The notes below the pieces were generated by a model. The model was not told where the DNA came from. It saw only the letters and a list, made by a program, of their open reading frames with translations, and ran no database searches. Below are positions 61,167-64,000 of a stretch of DNA of 64,000 nucleotides, one piece after another; positions within the stretch are counted from its first letter, which is position 1; each line of letters opens with the position of its first letter. A program made the position numbers and the translations under genes. The stretch lies in the IMG/VR virus record IMGVR_UViG_3300006143_000333, positions 64,959 to 128,958 of that record, one strand, 5' to 3'. This DNA comes from a virus. Lineage: Duplodnaviria; Caudoviricetes.

Positions 61167-61199
61167 AAAATTTTCCTTTCTTTCCCTTTCCCTCTACTC

Positions 61200-61786
61200 A
61201 ACTAAATGGCAATTAATGTATGCAAAAAATACATCCCAGACAGGATGGAAATTTCACCGCTTTGGTAATATGGTGTTTTTTACGTTTAACAAAGCTCTAA
61301 GCGTCGTTGTAGCAAACACATACTATACAAACCAAGGTAATGCACCTACAGGATACATGCCCGTGGAAAGATACTACGCAAATGGTGTGCGTAGCGTGGG
61401 GGCTTCAGTTGCTGGTAATTTTTACTTTGAGATTTCAGCATCCGGTTCAACAACATTTATAAGCACAGCAAGTCATAACAATGACCAAAGTTATACTGTT
61501 TCTGGATGTTATGTCACAACAGACGCATTCCCAACGGCAGATAAGTTATAGCTTTATCCAAAGAACCGATATCGGTATAGTCGTATTTGTGTTTACCCCA
61601 TCAAATATAACTATGTATAATCCGTCGGTGCGTCGATTGATACCTTTTATGTAATAAGAGCTATCTGCCCGGACAGTATATACACTTGCCAACTTATATC
61701 CGGGTTTGTTTAGTGTCGCCCAGTTGCCATTTGTGGTTACGGCAATCTCCTCGGACAAAACGATATTATTTAATTTGCCATTTAGT
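61200..61786. other. putative invertible segment bounded by 13-bp inverted repeats AACTAAATGGCAA
   Basis: Repeats at 61200-61212 and 61774-61786; two convergent alternative C-termini inside. Confidence 0.7.
61216..61551 (+). CDS. silent alternative C-terminal cassette of the tail-associated protein
   Basis: No RBS; begins at the inverted repeat; RFGNMV..P.GY.P tail-tip-like pattern. Confidence 0.6.
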   Translation: MYAKNTSQTGWKFHRFGNMVFFTFNKALSVVVANTYYTNQGNAPTGYMPVERYYANGVRSVGASVAGNFYFEISASGSTTFISTASHNNDQSYTVSGCYVTTDAFPTADKL

Positions 61787-61923
61787 TCATTAATCTTATC
61801 CTCAACACTCTTCCCGTCACTCATCGCTACGAGTGTCGCTAACGTTCTTGGAAGTAGCTTCACATATCCTGACGCAGTCTTTATTGTCATATATCCCTTT
61901 TTTACAGTAGACAAAATAGACAT
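61546..61923 (-). CDS. small tail-associated protein with switchable C-terminus
   Basis: SD ggagg; the inverted repeat encodes ELNGK. Confidence 0.7.
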   Translation of the reverse strand: MSILSTVKKGYMTIKTASGYVKLLPRTLATLVAMSDGKSVEDKINELNGKLNNIVLSEEIAVTTNGNWATLNKPGYKLASVYTVRADSSYYIKGINRRTDGLYIVIFDGVNTNTTIPISVLWIKL

Positions 61924-61939
61924 ATATTTTCCTCCAATC

Positions 61940-61966
61940 AAAAAAGATTGCGTTATTACGCAATCT
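61940..61966 (-). terminator. terminator-like hairpin
   Basis: agattgcgt aata acgcaatct tttttt. Confidence 0.6.
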
Positions 61967-61991
61967 CACAAATTTAAAATTTATATAATTT

Positions 61992-64000
61992 TTAACATTC
62001 ATAGAACCATATATCTCCAGTATTCTGAGATGGCTCTGTGGTTTGAGATACAAAATTTATAGCTCCTAAATTCGTACGTGCTCCAGAAGCAGTAGTAGAA
62101 CCAGTGCCGCCATATGCGACTGCAACATAACTTAAAGCTGTTAATGTGCCAGCGTTAGAATATATAGGTCTTGTAGAGCCGCCAATAGTAGTAGAACAAG
62201 CCGTTAATGTACCTGCATTCATATATATTGGTTTACTAGCACTGCCTACAGTAGAACTACAAGCGGTTGCTGAACCAGCGTTAAGATAAATAGGTTTACT
62301 TGCACTTCCAACAGTTGAAGTACCTAATTTGGAAGCAGCACCATTAAATGTAGGTGCTGTAATACTTCCCGTAGATGTGACAACACCATTTATAACATTT
62401 ATTGTAAAACTCCAATCAGTTCCATTAGCAGTACGTCCACTTTTGAAGCCATACAAACCAACTGTATCTGTTATAGTACCTAAATTCCAAACATGATTAT
62501 TATAAGTTTTACATGCAATAATAGGATGATAACTACCAGACGTATTCTTAGTAGTAATTCCAAGAGTTGCATTAGAAAGAGTCATACCACTAATCCAACT
62601 TCCGCCAACGGTTGGAGCTTGTATTTTTCCAGTCATAGTCCCACCAGTTAGTGGCAAATACCCAGTTGAATTTGCATCATCTCTCCATGCAGGATTCCCA
62701 TTAGCGTCTGTTTTCCATACTTTATTAGCTTGTCCACTACCTTTTGCTACATACCCTTCTTGATCTTTTGTATTTGCCTTCCATGTGTTTGTATTGGTAT
62801 CTGGAGGTACTTGCCATGTACCATCAGACCTAAGATACCTATTTGCTGCGCCAGCCGTAGGCGCAGGTGCGAGTCCTGCTGTACCAGCAGATGATGTTGT
62901 CGCTCCTTTCATTGCCGAATATGTAGTATTCGTATCTGTCCAAGGAACGTAGACATACATCTTTTCGTTACCATCTAACTGTACTGGGTAATTTTTGCCA
63001 TTTGCTGAATACCCTATCTTTGCTCCACCACGTATACTTGATGATGCTAGTGGAAGAGAATAAGCATTTGCACCAGATGATATTCCATCAAGTTTGTGTT
63101 TATCTGAAGCAGATAGAAAACCATTTGCACTTTGAGTAGCGATACTATGTGTGTGTCCTGAAGTTGCCGCCCCTATTGTCGATAATACCTTAGCAGGAGC
63201 TATAGCTCTTAATTCATGACCATTCCATGCGGCAAACCATGAAGTCGTTTCTAATCCTGCTTTTGAATAAGCAAAAGTAGTAGCAACACTATTTCCACTG
63301 TCCAGTACATTCTTGCTTGACTTTACTGTTTTGTTAATATCAGCAGTATTGTCTACTTTATCCAAGCCCAATTCGGCCATAGTCCATACGATATTTGCAC
63401 TTCCATTGACATTTTTGCTTTCAGATCCAATAGTGATAGTTCTTGACGTACCCCAATTTGCAGTTGTAATATCTTGTGTCCCATCAAATAAAGTCCCATT
63501 TATTTTACGTGCATTAACGAGTTTTGTAGTAGATGCAGAATTACCAGTAGAAGATAATCCAGTATGACTGTGCGAAGCAGAAATATTTATTTTGTTGTTT
63601 ATTTCATCTAACGTAAATTGTATATTTTCACCATGTTCTAATGTTAAAGTGTCCATTTTAGAATCAGCGGCGATTATAACGTCGCCAATTTTTATATTGC
63701 TATAAGCGTTTTGGTTTGGTTCAGCATTACCTGGCGCATGTTGGGAGTCAGCATGTGATTTTGCTAAATTCCAATTCAATCTTTCCACGGCAGTGATATG
63801 TGCTACATTGTTTTCGATATGTGCAGTTAAATCACTGGTATTTGCTTTTAGTCCAATTGCTACGTCCAATGCGTCCATCACATCTTCATTGTCAGCAAGT
63901 ACATCAGCTATTTCCTTTAAAGTATCCAAAGTTTCAGGCGCACCATCAATTAAATCGGATATTTGTAGGTCAGTATAATTTTTTGCACTTATTAATGCGG
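61992..64000 (-). CDS. tail fibre protein, 5' end outside the window
   Basis: GAPETLDTLKEIA, ARKINGTLFDG, YLPLTGGTMTG, GGTGSTTASGARTNLG; frame open to the window edge. Confidence 0.85.
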   Translation of the reverse strand, partial: ALISAKNYTDLQISDLIDGAPETLDTLKEIADVLADNEDVMDALDVAIGLKANTSDLTAHIENNVAHITAVERLNWNLAKSHADSQHAPGNAEPNQNAYSNIKIGDVIIAADSKMDTLTLEHGENIQFTLDEINNKINISASHSHTGLSSTGNSASTTKLVNARKINGTLFDGTQDITTANWGTSRTITIGSESKNVNGSANIVWTMAELGLDKVDNTADINKTVKSSKNVLDSGNSVATTFAYSKAGLETTSWFAAWNGHELRAIAPAKVLSTIGAATSGHTHSIATQSANGFLSASDKHKLDGISSGANAYSLPLASSSIRGGAKIGYSANGKNYPVQLDGNEKMYVYVPWTDTNTTYSAMKGATTSSAGTAGLAPAPTAGAANRYLRSDGTWQVPPDTNTNTWKANTKDQEGYVAKGSGQANKVWKTDANGNPAWRDDANSTGYLPLTGGTMTGKIQAPTVGGSWISGMTLSNATLGITTKNTSGSYHPIIACKTYNNHVWNLGTITDTVGLYGFKSGRTANGTDWSFTINVINGVVTSTGSITAPTFNGAASKLGTSTVGSASKPIYLNAGSATACSSTVGSASKPIYMNAGTLTACSTTIGGSTRPIYSNAGTLTALSYVAVAYGGTGSTTASGARTNLGAINFVSQTTEPSQNTGDIWFYEC

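Noticed and set aside
1-64000. Stop-codon reassignment, tRNA genes, DGR
   Set aside because: Long genes are intact in code 11 and all three stops are used; no cloverleaf or reverse transcriptase was recognised

Overview
64 kb of a large, AT-rich temperate phage (or prophage) of a Firmicute, probably Clostridia/Lachnospiraceae, with SPbeta-like organisation. Host and SPbeta-likeness are inferred from gene content and order. The + strand (1-59.9 kb) carries, in order: a Ter-type cluster (P-type ATPase, vWA, TerD, PspA-like); a hypervariable small-gene region with three methyltransferases and a PAPS-reductase-family gene; a replisome (SSB-like, AAA ATPase, loader, DnaB, primase, RecJ, DnaE, RecD2); a second variable region (DUF4393, TnpB, radical SAM, NADAR, MazG-like, split LigA); nucleotide metabolism (ThyX, GMK-like, NDT, FolD, two His-less HPr, NrdD/NrdG, dUTPase); and xis/int. 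The - strand end holds the endolysin and tail-fibre genes. Best candidates for undescribed biology: (1) 24 copies, found by eye, of a T(G/A)AAA-N6-TTT(C/T)A quasi-palindrome at gene junctions of the two variable regions only, resembling either a cassette-recombination array or a stoperator system; (2) a conserved SD-sequestering leader with two co-varying inner palindromes (cores GATC, CATG, GTAC) upstream of three DNA-modification genes; (3) repeated ATA/ATT/ATC/ACG starts behind SD sequences; (4) an HNH-NrdG fusion that displaced the native nrdG; (5) an invertible tail-tip cassette; (6) an MNKIRADP leader peptide overlapping a terminator upstream of the lysin. No tRNA, rRNA or CRISPR array was seen. 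All calls were made by eye; no searches were run.
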